From Patellaria atrata CBS 101060 (taxonomy: Eukaryota): a stretch of DNA of 64,000 nt. The translations under genes were made by a program, and so were the position numbers. The notes under the pieces are model-generated. The model was not told where the DNA came from and made no database searches. It saw only the letters and a list, made by a program, of their open reading frames with translations. The stretch spans positions 2,343,561 through 2,407,560 of the forward strand of contig MU006089.1 of the NCBI GenBank assembly GCA_010093705.1, written 5' to 3'. Shown here piece after piece: positions 37,135 to 49,982 of this stretch. Numbering within the stretch: the stretch's first letter is position 1; each line of letters opens with the position of its first letter.

Positions 37135-39434
37135 ATGTCTTTAGGAATTCCTCAACGTACATTTTCCTTCGAAGAACACGACGAGCAATCGCATCGTCCA
37201 GACCAACGATATCAATCGCAAGAGTATACTCAGTATAGCGACAATCCAAGGCATGTTTCTCCGGTAGCCAACTCGCCTTCACCACACCAACCCTTCCACT
37301 CATCCTCACCACCTCCTCCACCTACGCATCGCGCTTTTCATCATCCTGGAGCACATCCGAACAGTTCATTCGGACAATATCACTCGGAAAGATCGTACGG
37401 TGCCCCAGTTGGGACGGCATACTCATCACCTGAGCCCAGAAGCATATCAGACACCACACCTGGAGCGGATAACTTAAGTGACGGTGCTCCCGGAGGAGGT
37501 ATAGCAGGTATCGCGGTTGGAGTTGCGAATACGAACGAACGAGAGAGTGGCCTGAACGCTTTGAGAGCCATTGATAACTGGGGACGACCTGCTGGTGGAT
37601 ATTCATCGGGTCCAGCTGAACGAGAGTTACCACGAGAGTTACCACGAGAAGAGCCACCATACGCGTCATTCGCACCTTCCCCTCCGAGAAACGTACAGCG
37701 CAGACCTATCCCCGCCACAATGCCTACAGACGACACTTACGGTTCATCTTCGAATGTTCCATTAGCGGCAGCCGCGCTCCCACCTGCGATGATATCGGGA
37801 AGCGCCAATACATCGAACAGAAGTCTACCTATAGGACAGTCTCCATTCCGCCACGAAGACAATTACTCATTCTCGGACAATGGATATCTACCAAATGTTA
37901 CATACAGTCAACGGGATCCTCCCGCAGGATTCGGCTCCATAGACCCAATGGATATCGAAGACGATGGTGATGACGGTATCACGCGGGCTAATCCTAAGCG
38001 GAAATCCCTGTTGAGTTTAGCAAGACCACAATCTAGAGAAGCATCACAAAGTAGCGCCGTAGGGGCTGCCGGTGGTGTTGCTGCAGCTACCGGCTTTTTT
38101 GGTAGAAAAGGTTCAGGCAATTCAAACGGGCAATACGATGCTGTACCTAACTCTACGACAAATCTCGGTATCGACCACGAACCTGAGAAGAGCGAGTGGC
38201 TTTCAAAGCAAAACAGTGGCAGCAAGCGGCTAAGATGGATAGTCGGTACCATTATCGTTATCATCATTGTCGGAGCCATTGTCGGAGGTGTCATTGGTGG
38301 TGTTCTCGGCAGCAGAAATAAAGGCGATGATTCTGGTCCCTCTACTAATTATGGGGAATCCGCAGAAGAAGATGACGGAAGAGGAGATCTTGGTCTCAAC
38401 TCTGCGGAGATCAAACGGCTTATGAACAACAGGGATTTACATAAGGTGTTTCCAGGAATGGATTACACCCCGATCAATACCCAGTATCCCGAATGTCTCC
38501 ATTTTCCTCCCTCCCAAAACAACGTTACCCGGGACATGGCCGTGCTGTCCCAGCTCACGAACCGAGTCCGCCTATACGGTACGGATTGTAATCAGACCGA
38601 AATGGTCCTCCACGCCATTGAACGGCTCGAACTCACAGATATGAAGGTCTGGCTGGGAGTCTGGCTTGGGGACAACGATACTACCAATGACAGACAGGTC
38701 GAACACATGTGGACAATCTTAGATGACAGAGGTGAGGACCCGTTCGCAGGCATCGTCATCGGCAACGAAGTTCTCTTCCGCGAAGATCTTACCGCCACCC
38801 AGCTCGGAAGGGTGCTCAGTGATACCAAAAAGCAACTAGCACGTAAAAACATTGATCTCCCCCTTGCAACGTCAGATCTCGGAGACAACTGGCGCAACGA
38901 ACCCTTCCTCGTCGACGATGTGGACGTCGTCATGGCCAACATCCATCCTTTCTTTGCGGGTGTCACCGCTGAGGAGGCCGCAGGATGGACGTGGGATTTC
39001 TGGAACAACAATGATATCCCATTGACTCAGGGAACGAGCAAGAAGAATATGATTTCCGAGGTCGGCTGGCCGAGCGATGGAGGTAATAGTTGTGGTGCCA
39101 GGGATTGTACGACGAGGACGGAAGGGAGTGTAGCCGGGATTGAGGAGATGAACACATTTATGGAGAATTGGGTCTGTCAGAGTATGGATAATGAGACCAT
39201 GTATTTTTGGTAAGTTTCTTTCTTTACACTACCTCCTACTGTTACATTGATCGTCGAGAACTAATCCTTGCTTACAGGTTCGAGGCTTTCGACGAGCCGT
39301 GGAAGATTCGCTTCAACGAGGAAGACGAAGGCAAGGAATGGGAAGATAAATGGGGTCTCATGGACGTCAACAGGAAGTTGAAACCGGGCATCAAGATCCC
39401 GGATTGCGGTGGACGTACGCCTTCATATGTCTGA
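37135..39434 (+). CDS. btgC: GH17 membrane-anchored endo-1,3-beta-glucanase/glucanosyltransferase (intron 39210-39277)
   Basis: Long cytosolic N-terminus, TM helix, [63 protein letters not shown]. Confidence 0.9.
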
Positions 39435-40074
39435 GGTGAGATTGGTCTCTGCTGAATCTCTATCCCTATAGTTTTACTCGGTCCCTCTGGTGGTATCGAT
39501 TTTGGACGGCGTTTGTCTGGCGCTTGGCATTTTTATTATTTGAGACGACCAGGACATGGGCGTCACCTAGTAACGAATGGTGGGATGAGCAATTTTACCT
39601 TTTCTGAAGGAGGAACGGGAATACGGGTCCTTGCGCCGTCTAGGGAGTTCTTCTGCAGGATCGATCGTGTATGAATATTTAGGGATAGCTGATGGGGATG
39701 GAGATAGGGATTTATCTAATGGATACTACTGTAGATACATAGACATCGTGGAATGGGAATAAGGGCCTTGGAACCCTTTTTATTATGGTGTCGTATATGT
39801 CTCTTCTTTACTGCACTGTGTCACTGATAGCACTAATGATCCTGGCGGGGTGTAAAGGGTATAGGAGATGGGAGTGATGCTCGCGCCTTAGGATACACAA
39901 TCCATGTCACTCTATGACTAGACATAGGGGTGGTTATAGTGGGAGAGTGTACGTGATAGGATTTGAAGTTACATATAATAGAATATGCGGCCCAAAGATA
40001 TAAAGTGGATAAACTAAGAAATTAGGCGTATATAAGTAAATTAGCCGATAAAGATCTTACAATTAAATGGAATG

Positions 40075-40223
40075 TATCTTATGATATATAGTGCGTTACG
40101 TTTATATCTTACGAATAAGGGGTGTATATCTTACGATAAAATGATCTCTATCTTATGATAGTTGGCGTGTATTCTACGATATATGGTGTGTATCTTATGA
40201 TATATGGCTTGTATCTCATGATG
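40075..40223. repeat. Array of 7 TATCTTAYGATA-like units at mostly 21-22 bp period
   Basis: Units start at 40075, 40105, 40127, 40149, 40170, 40191, 40212. Confidence 0.8.
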
Positions 40224-41750
40224 GAATGATATGGTAACCAAGCGGATAGAATCAGATAATGTATAATTATGGGACTATATCGCCAGAACAAACGAATATT
40301 CAAATTTGCGTGGGACGTACGATGTGATAGCTAATCAGCGCGGGAATAAAACACCTCTAGATGATATCGCATTTCGCCGGGAAGCATCGTTTTGGCCGCT
40401 CCATGGTCGGATAGTCGATCGAATTTGTCTGGCACTCAGGGGATCAACCCCTGAACCGAAATAGTTGTGGGGGAGAGCTCTTGTAGTCACTTTTAACGTT
40501 TAGCATACCTACCCCTTTTCAGTAGATCCTATTTTGAGGACCCGCATGTCATAACCAACTAGACCATCGAGACATGCCATGGAGGTTGTGGAGCATGGTA
40601 TAAGAGACAGATGATTCCGGACGAAAGGGAAATAAGAGACGTGGCGGTGCAGACGGACGTGCCTTACTTATAAGGATGCCTGTCCTTTTTTTCTCTACCC
40701 CTAGCCGCTCTCCTAATGGAGCTCTGAAGTGGAGTTTACAGCGGAGTGGAACGGGCTAAGTAAAGGGATAGGTGTCCCTTTTCGTTGCACATATTTGTTT
40801 CCATATTTGATTCCATATTCGGTGCCATACTCGGTTCCAAAAGTGCTTTTACAGTGCTTTCACAAAATTTTTAGTCGCGCACTACGTATTGACTTCGTAC
40901 GGTCCATATGACTCTAACGCTCCAAGCGGCGGATGGGCGGAACATGTTGACGCGGAATGCTCTGGGGACAGTGGGTGAGACTCTTCTCAAAATGAAGTCA
41001 GTACAGTGAGGGAAGATGCTACTTGTAAATGGAGAGGCTAGATAGTGCCAACTAAGGAAACAGTTCTGGGATACAATCGGATATGGGATAATGAAGCAGG
41101 AAGACTAAATTCTCATAGCTGATAACTTGGGGATCGGGCCCAAAAGGATAATTTAATACATTCTATGTAGTAGTGTTATGGAGTCCTTAACTATGCCCGT
41201 CAGATCATCAAACCCATAATGGATGGTGTCGGTATTGTCTGCAATTGGCGAGATAAGTAGAAGGGAGTGAGCATTCTATAAGCGTTCAAATAACCCCAAT
41301 AGGTAGACGACTCGATCTTTCTATGACGAGTTGAAAGTATGACCATAGGACGAACTGTATAGCGACTCAGTAGTGGTAGAAAAGAGATATTGATACGATT
41401 ATTAACTATTGAAAAACAGGAAAACTGCACACTGAGTAACAGATTTCTGAACTTCAACTTTGTGGGAGAGGGAAGGCGGCTTGCGGCCGACCAATCTGAA
41501 GGGGCTGCATTGATATACATAGGGACCTACGGTAAGGTAGATGGGGCACAAAGAGACAACGGACCTTTATAATAGTGCATGTAGTTGTTCGGGGAAATAG
41601 CGGAGTTTATCGAGAACTGCTGGCATCGGCCCGATGTCAAGGCTGGCAAAAACGCACCATGGCACGTTCGCCTACACTACCACGTCTCTTATTCCCCTTT
41701 CGTCCGGAATTACTCTTCTCTTATACCATATTTTGCAATCTCCATGGCAT

Positions 41751-41859
41751 GTCTCAATGGTCTAGTTGGTTATGACATGGGTCTCATAAAATACTAATTT
41801 ATGACTCAATCTCAGATTGGGATATCCCGGGGTCCAGAGTTCGATTCTCTGTTGGGACA
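41751..41859 (+). tRNA. tRNA-Met(CAT), elongator type, 35-nt intron (41789-41823)
   Basis: Acceptor GTCTCAA/TTGGGAC, anticodon arm TGGGT-CT-CAT-A[intron]A-TCCCG with the T31:T39 mismatch typical of elongator Met, CAGAG-TTCGATT-CTCTG T arm. Confidence 0.92.
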
Positions 41860-42332
41860 AATACTTTTGCTGTCCGTTCCTTTTTGGTCCCAAGCACGCA
41901 ATCTTTTGGCTAAGTTATTATGCCGATATTTTGGTTATCAAGAGCAACATTGGAATGGTAATTTTTTCAGTGGATTCTGGTCTCAAACAGGGGTTCCGTT
42001 CAAAAGCCGAAAGTGGGGAGCCATCATCAAACACCTATACTGTTACCTCCTCTACGTTTCAAAGACGTCAAACTTTATACTTCAGTTGCCGATCGACCGC
42101 GATGCATCACTTGACTTTCCTTCGAAGTTTATTACATAAATGAGTTAATGGTAGCTTATATAGGTCTTCGTACAAAAAGTCGAACTAGCCCGCGGCCGAG
42201 TATGATCCCTAGCGCGATAGCCGACATCACTTATATATCACTCTGGACCTGAAGAGGACATCTCGTCCTTCGATCTACTGAGATTCGAAATATAAAATTA
42301 AGGACAATCTACTTCTTTTTTGGCGCTCGAAT

Positions 42333-43599
42333 ATGCCTCAGGATAGATCAGCGCTCCTTATTGGAGGAATCACTCATGCTAAAGAAGAATGGGAAGCATG
42401 TAGCTCACTCCTGAACCTTAAGGTACGTTACCGTAGTAGCTGTCGTCCCCATTCTCCTAATTTATCTTGATCAGGTTTATCCCGAAGGATCCCGGGACGA
42501 TTTTATCTCGAAATGTCGCAAAGGTGATTTTGACGATGTCTTCGTGATATATCGAAGCAATGAATCTACGAGCGTGGGTAATTCTGCCATCTTCATAACC
42601 TATCGACACAAGTTGTTCATGGGAAGTAGGTAACCGGTCCATTTGACGAGGAACTCGTGCGAACATTGCCGGCAAGTTTGAAATTCATCTGCCATAATGG
42701 TGCTGGATATGACAATATAAACGTTCCGGCCTGCAGTGACCGAGGTTTGAAGCCCCTGAACAACTCAAAATTTAGTGTCATTGATGGAACTTCAGGAATT
42801 CGTATTGCAAATACCCCTATCGCAGTAAACGAAGCAACCGCTGATGTCGCTATCTTCCTTATGTTGGGTGCACTTCGAAGGGTTACAATACCATTCAATG
42901 CATTACGACAAGGTAAATCACTTATCTTTGGTCTAGTAAGAGCTCTGTTAATGTATCTTAGGTGAGTGGAGAGGGAGAAATTTCGGTCTAGGCCATGACC
43001 CTAAGAAACAAACCATTGGGATCCTTGGAATGGGAGGCATTGGCACAGCAGTCGCCCTTCGTGCAAAAGCCTTTGGCATGAGACTTCAGTACCACAATCG
43101 GCATCAATTGCCCTCAGACAAAGAATGCGGTGCCAAATACGTGTCTTTTGACGAGCTCTTGGAGACATCCGACGTGCTTAGTCTCAACCTATCGCTTAAC
43201 AGCTCGACGAAGCATATAATTTCGAAACCTCAGTTCGACAAGATGAAGGACGGCGTGATTGTTATCAATACGGCCAGAGGGCCTCTAATCCACGAGAATG
43301 CCTTAGTAGATGCGCTAAAAAGCGGTAAAGTTTGGAGTGCCGGTCTGGATGTGTACGAAGAAGAGCCAAAAATACATCCGGAACTTGTTAAGAATCAAAA
43401 TGTAGTCCTCTTACCGCATATCGGCACTGCCACTTTAGAGACACAGGTAAGGTTTCTCGCGGAATGTGTCCCTCTAGTGGCTAACAGTTCATAGCGGGAC
43501 ATGGAGTTGCTCGTACTGGAAAATCTGAAGGAAGCGGTACAGAACAACCACCTCAAAACACCTATACCCGAGCAAAAATCTTCACGAGCGAGAATTTAG
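42333..43599 (+). CDS. D-isomer-specific 2-hydroxyacid dehydrogenase (glyoxylate reductase/D-mandelate dehydrogenase-like), multi-exon
   Basis: ICHNGAGYDNI, NTP.AVNEATAD, GILGMGGIG, INTARG, GLDVYEEEP, LLPHIGT; C-terminus -ARI (PTS1-like). Confidence 0.92.
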
Positions 43600-44598
43600 T
43601 AAGGGGGCCTAAGTTCTCCTTCGAGAACTGCTATTAGGCAATTTAGCCCTCCCTTTCTAATCACCTATCCTGAGCGTCTGCAAACTCCGCTTTTGCAGAC
43701 ACCTAGAACATTACACCTAGTTATCCTATATATAAGCAACCAGCATTAGGTACTTTACAACTCAAGTATTGGGATCCCATCCAATGTAGAAGCGAGTCCA
43801 GCATTTACAAACAAGCCCGGTTCATTATCCTGTAGGACTGACAGCCATAGAAAATGATGCAGAAGCAGGTTTCAATTACTAGGATGTACCTTCGTCCGTA
43901 TTTCTGGGATTAGAAATTTCTTATCTAGTCCTTAATTCTTTCACAACTCTTCCTGCTGGATCTTTGAAATACACATGATCAGTATCATCACTAAACGGGT
44001 GATTTGATTACAATATCAAAGGACGGGAAACCGGAATAATACAGTAACAGGTTGGTCAGATGAAGCTCAGCTAGATATAGAGTGAGTGTAGCTCCACCGC
44101 TTAGAGTTTTTTCTATATAGTTTAAGGGTTGCGTGCTTACAGAATACCACCGGGATTTGTACATTCATGCTACCCCGCTGTAGATCTCTATATTATAGGA
44201 TATATTACCCACGAGGTCAAAAAAAAAATACCGGGTAAGCGTAGTAACAGTGGGTAAAGATCGACCCAACCACAAGGTCTGTGGATGGTTATGTGTGCCT
44301 CCTAAAGGAGATGTGTCAAATATATTTCACAATTCTCCCGAGACATATGCAAGCCTACAGTGAATATGCAAGGGTAGTGTAACAGAGTGAGTATAAAAGG
44401 CCACAGTTGAGTATATAGTGTATCGACGGTCCTACGGCTCGGTAAGAGTAAAGTATAGTGATTTCAAGATACAAAAGTGCGTCTTTCTACTGCTATCAAC
44501 AGGTATTCCGTATTCAGTTAAGCTCTCGATCAGACAATACACATATCTCGCAGATACACTCGGATTAAGCTAAGAGAAGAACAGAGCTCAGAGAAAAT

Positions 44599-45414
44599 AT
44601 GGTTGGAACAATATCAGCTACATCACTTTCCGCCCGCCTAAACTCCGACGATAGGTTCCGCCATTCCGTTCCGCCCCTTCAATGCCCTCAATCATATCAT
44701 CCAGCACTTTCGAAACACGAATTCCACCGCAAGCCTAGTCGATTATCTCCAGTCCGCTCTCGAACATACAGTCCCAGTAGCGCGTCATATACATCACCTC
44801 ACGACCTCCAATGGTTGACTGGACCTAATGAGATAACGGCAACATTCCAAGTACACATCACACAGAGCCTCTTCAGCTTAACTTCCGCTACCGTACGCCC
44901 GCAATTCTCAATCCAGCCCTCAGCCGTAGAGGCTGGATACTTCATCGATTTCTCAAACAGTAGCATCCTCGTCCGCCGTTGGAGCAAAGCGGGTCCTCCT
45001 ATCGCGACGGGGAACATGCACGCCGGCTACGGCATCAGTGAGGTCGAAATGCTTAGTCCCAGCAATCCTGTCGGTGGCGGAAAATATATGCTTATTTCTC
45101 CTGCTGCGGCTGCAGATAAGGGGTGGCAGGCAACTATCACTTCTGTTGCGGGTGTGGCAGCGTCCTTTGTTGGACCGTTGCATTTCAAGTCTGCCGGCTT
45201 AGTTGACTCAGGAAGTAGCCAGACGTCGGGTAATTGGGAGATTCTAGATGGGGCTGGGAAGACGGTAGCGGCGCTTATGATGTCGTCAGCGCAAAGAAGT
45301 GCTACGAAGACGGGGAGGTTACACTTCCTTATAACACCGGAAATGGATGTTGTTGATACCGTCATTACATCTCTGATGGCTGTTATCAAAAAGACGGAGA
45401 GACATGTGTGGTAG
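44599..45414 (+). CDS. Hypothetical protein (5' end may be spliced)
   Basis: 271-codon ATG ORF with a plausible globular C-terminal half; no recognised motif. Confidence 0.55.
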   Translation: MVGTISATSLSARLNSDDRFRHSVPPLQCPQSYHPALSKHEFHRKPSRLSPVRSRTYSPSSASYTSPHDLQWLTGPNEITATFQVHITQSLFSLTSATVRPQFSIQPSAVEAGYFIDFSNSSILVRRWSKAGPPIATGNMHAGYGISEVEMLSPSNPVGGGKYMLISPAAAADKGWQATITSVAGVAASFVGPLHFKSAGLVDSGSSQTSGNWEILDGAGKTVAALMMSSAQRSATKTGRLHFLITPEMDVVDTVITSLMAVIKKTERHVW

Positions 45415-45561
45415 TCAGGAGGTCTTGACGAGCACTAGACTGATCCTAAATAGTAAGTAGGGATACAAGAGATGATCAACACCTTCGATATTCGCAAGGA
45501 TGAGCAAAACACCTAGATGAACTACTGCGATGTCCATGTCATTGCTCCCCTAGACTTGCAA

Positions 45562-46494
45562 TTACCCAGTCAACCTCACCTCCCAGCCATCATGATCTGT
45601 ATAACTCAAACCCCAAGCCTTCGATTTCGAAAACACAAGGTCATTAGTGTAGATGACATGCTGAACATCGCCATCACCCTTTCTCGTCCAACCCGGCGGC
45701 ACGCATTTCTGCACATTTTCCGCATCGCTGGTATCATACTCGAGATTGAAATCACCCCCAACAACAGTCTTCCCAGCCGCACCAGCAACACCCTTGAGAT
45801 ACGGTACGGCATCGAACATGAGTGCCTTGCACTGCGACAAAGCCAACGGTTCCGACGACGACGAAAGATGCGTCGTGCACGTAAAATGATCCCCTCGCGC
45901 GTACGCACACACAAAGATGCGTTCCTCATTCGACGAATCCTGGGCGATGAATTTCCCTCCATACGCATCGAACGTCGTCCATTTCGAAGCTGCGACACGG
46001 CCCAAAACCGCACTCCCATACTGAAACCCGTCCTTGCACTTATATGGCGCAGCCGTACGCTTATCAATCGCCGGCATGAATGCCGAATACGTATAGTCTG
46101 TCGGCCACGCCTCGCTCAGATAACTCTGCAGCTCTGCGACGTCATTCGAGCATATCTCGTTGACCGTCACGACATTGGGGCCTGTGGCGTAGATGAGCTC
46201 GCCACCTTCGGGGATAGAGTCCCCGCCGGCGTAGCAGCCTGCAAAACCGGAATTGCATAAGTTGAGCTGGAGTTCATTGAAGGAGGTGCTGCTTGTGCTA
46301 CCGGTGCGGCCGCGACCACCAGAGCCGTATGGTGGGAGGGTGGACTTGATGATGTCGTTTGGACGGAGTTGAATTGTTGTTGGGACGGCGGCGGTAGAGA
46401 TATCCTCGTCTGGTATGCGGCATGTTGAGAGTAAGGGTTGCGTGAGAAACAGCGCTGTGAGTAAGGCGGCACGGCACCCAGGGGACGTAATCAT
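45562..46494 (-). CDS. Secreted endonuclease/exonuclease/phosphatase (EEP) family protein, intronless
   Basis: Signal peptide; LQLNLC, TVNEIC, YGSAVL, CTTHLS, GGDFN, VQHV, TDH motifs of the DNase I-like fold. Confidence 0.88.
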   Translation of the reverse strand: MITSPGCRAALLTALFLTQPLLSTCRIPDEDISTAAVPTTIQLRPNDIIKSTLPPYGSGGRGRTGSTSSTSFNELQLNLCNSGFAGCYAGGDSIPEGGELIYATGPNVVTVNEICSNDVAELQSYLSEAWPTDYTYSAFMPAIDKRTAAPYKCKDGFQYGSAVLGRVAASKWTTFDAYGGKFIAQDSSNEERIFVCAYARGDHFTCTTHLSSSSEPLALSQCKALMFDAVPYLKGVAGAAGKTVVGGDFNLEYDTSDAENVQKCVPPGWTRKGDGDVQHVIYTNDLVFSKSKAWGLSYTDHDGWEVRLTG

Positions 46495-47161
46495 CTTGAC
46501 AGATATATGGATTAAAGAAAATGATTTGAATGAAAATGTGCTCTTGTCTTCAAAGCGCGCGAACTGACTGAAATACCTCTTTTGAGGCCAGTGCCGTCAT
46601 CAAGCGGTGCTGTAGTCGTAGTGCTGTACGCCATATGACCCCATAGCCCCGGATTTACCTTATTTGTGCACATCTTTTGGCGAGATAGAGTTTCATAATC
46701 CGAGAATGCGCGATCCCCTGCGTTCGATATTTATCTTGACAATTCAACCTGCCATTAACGAATCTTGATCGGCCCCAATGCCAACGGGCTTAAGGCTGTT
46801 CGTGCATTGATTGGTGGCAAGCCAAGGATGCACGTCGTTTCACGGCCTATTCTTCGATCGTCCACTCACAACATCCACGGTGGATATCTCCGGATTATAT
46901 TCACATACTGACTCTAAGCCTTTGTTTCTATGGCCAGCTTTAGCTAGCAACGATCTCGATAGTCGTTAACCGCTGAGATGAACTAAAGGAGGACTTTAAC
47001 GGAGCTAGTTCAACGACAGGTTCGATTTAGAACTACCCTGCAACTGTCAATGGATGAATTGACCATTTCCGGGTCCTGGAGAGCTCTGATAATGCATTCA
47101 TAATCTCTATTCAAATTAAGAGATATTTGTAGTGGCCTATAGAACTGCGTATCTCACTTGT

Positions 47162-49628
47162 TTAGAATGTTGGGCCGAAGTCTGATGCAGTCCCAATCTG
47201 GTTCACATCCCAACTAACATTCATTTCCAAAGGAAGAAATCCACCCCAAAATGCATCTTCATTTGGGCCGTTAGCTGCTGTACTAGATCCATTAATAGCA
47301 AAATCACCAACAGCTGAGAGATCGGTCCAGGCGAAGTCACCCATCTGTTCCGCTATCGTTGTCCCTTCTCCTGAACCTAGGCTGTCAGGATAAGTGGGAG
47401 GTTCAGCAGGACGCGATATACTGGAGGAACGAGTTTGTGGTAGCTCATGAGTCCGAAAATGGGAATCAGTCGAATTTGGTAGTCTAGGTTCGACCTTTTC
47501 CCAAAGTAGCTTGAGAAGCTGGGAGTATCGGCTCCCAAGGTGGTGAATTCCAACGCTGGATCGTTGCAACCTCGAGACTGTTTCCTGGATCATCGTCCGA
47601 ATCGCACGTTCTTCGTCAGGGGACATGACACCGACACATCGAGCGCGGTATAAAAATACGCCACTATAGACAAGATATAGATAATATCTTAGAGGCATAA
47701 AGCGTAGAGACCGCTCTGGGTCAACAAAGTTGTTTGCAGTACTCAAGATTGCTTTAGCCGCATCAAGTCCTTCGTATATGAAGCGAGCATCACCCACAGA
47801 GGCCACATTATTATAGAAGACCCGGCGAGGAGCTTGATTGTTTACCGGATTAGACTTGCCATCTTTGGATGTAAGCGCACGGATTGTTGCTTGGAAGGCG
47901 AAAGCGTTGGTATAGAGCCGTAGGTAATCATAAGACATCAGAAGAATAGCTTTAAGATGTGGCGAACCTAGGATATATTAGATGCAAAGCACGCTCTAGT
48001 AGTGAAAGAGGTATAATCCGTTGCGGGATACAGTGAGAATATAGGAAGCCGTTAGATAAACGTTACTTACATGTCAATGTTCCCCACACGCTTTTCCATC
48101 CGTATATAGCGGCTCGAAAATCATCAATGAACTTGATATAGCCGCCAGCAAGATGAGAGCGAAAGCTGGATCCCGGATTTGAGTAGAGTACATCATGAAC
48201 GTTACTCATTATCTGCGTCTGCTCAAGAAAAGCTTGATATATACTGGCGTAATCTTCATCATTTGGACTTCGGGGTAATAAAGAAACATAATCCTCTCGT
48301 CGGAGGTTAGTCAGTGGTCCAGGTCCTCTAGACCAGAATGCTCTCCCAATCCTTATTGATATTTGACGGTCTGATATGTAACAAGTTGTCCATACAAGAC
48401 GCTTACGACTGAAAAGTGAATCCTTACCTTCGTCCATGAGTCTAAATGAAAACTTATCAAGACCAAGAAAATATGCAAGCCTAAGGGCAATACCTACATG
48501 ACACCAAGCCTCTCGATCCTCCTCTCCGCGACCTATATGGCCTGACTGTGCTTTTTTCTGTGTATAAGGGGTCCATTCGGCAAGGATTAGTAAAGCTTCG
48601 ACAGCCCCAACATCCCCTTCGCCGCCTGCGGCCAGATCAGAAACAAGTGACCGCATATAGCTAGAACAGACTTCGTATAGGTTAGGTTCATCAAGGAGGT
48701 CTTTTGACGCAATTACCAGGATGGCGGTTAATAGATGTTGTTCACGTGTAGCAGTTTCTATTAACCTTGAGGAATCAAAGGTCTCAGGGGGAGCCAGAGG
48801 AAAGTATGGATGATAATGAACTCGGTATCGTTCAAGTAATTTAACTATTTTCTCAATGCTCAGACTTCCTTGGTTGAGCAAAGGATATACAAGTTCGTTA
48901 GCTGGGGCACCTGTATATATTGACTGTCGGTGGTTCATAGCTGGACTCTGGATTTGATGAGATCGCAAATTATATTCCTCGTTAGATCCGTTCTCTGCTA
49001 CCTGGGCTAGAATGCCGAGAGCATCTGATGGATTTTGCAAGTTTGAGAACGGCATAGGTTCTGAAGCAGAGGAGGACGAGTTTCCATTACGATTCAAGGG
49101 GCCACGGACTTCTGAAGGCGGTTTGCTTCCGCTCCCTCCAGTTGGATCATAAGTTCCAACATTTCCGAGCTCATGGAAATGCTGACCAGTGTTTAGCTCC
49201 GTATATGGGTTCTTGAAACTCTCAAGTCCAGAAATTGATGAATCTAAAGGCTTCTTTCTCACTCGTCGCCCTCCACGATTAGAACCGCCTAGAACGCACT
49301 CGAGAGACTCTCTTTTACATCTCAGACATGGTAATTGAACAATATCACCATTGAAACGTCTGAAATGCAGAACAAGTCGTTAGTGATAGTCCACAGTAAA
49401 CGAGATAGCGCATATCATCTGTAGTTCAATGCTGAAAACTATACCATGTTCCACTTTCTAGGCGGCCTTTGAATCTGTTTGTTGGACTTACAGATGGCAT
49501 CTTGATTTCCTTTTGCGGCAATTGAGACAAGCCCTGTTAACCCTTTTCGACGTTGAGTTTTCGCCATCACGCGGCGCATCTTCCGGTGTGCGAGGTGCTA
49601 CATCTGTAGAGTCCTGAGAGGGTTCCAT
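47162..49628 (-). CDS. Zn(II)2Cys6 transcription factor, ARO80-like (3 exons)
   Basis: ACLNCRKRKSRCHL|RFNGDIVQLPCLRCKRESLECVLGGSNRGG; LQNPSDAL.ILA; AVEALLILAEW; CYISDRQIS.R.GR. Confidence 0.9.
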
Positions 49629-49982
49629 GCGGTAAATGAGAAAAGGATTTAAAGACCACCGAGCGGTTAGTAGTCGGCAAATGAATGAAGGGGGAGGGGG
49701 AACTAAATAGCCTAGTGCCAAAGTTCCACTCCCGAAATCCGCTTCGACGACCCTTGCACCTGCGTCATTCGAATTGATGTCTACTCACTTCGTATACTAT
49801 ATTCAAGATAGCCTAATCCTTATAGAGGATTCTTAGAAGACGTCAATCTCAGTGGTATACCTGCCCTTAAGGTACCTATTCAGCAATCGAGAGATGCTCA
49901 CTATGTCAAAGTATGGGATATATCTCCATCAGAATTGAAAATCTCGACCGACCATCCTAGTTAATACTCGACATCCCGCGTT

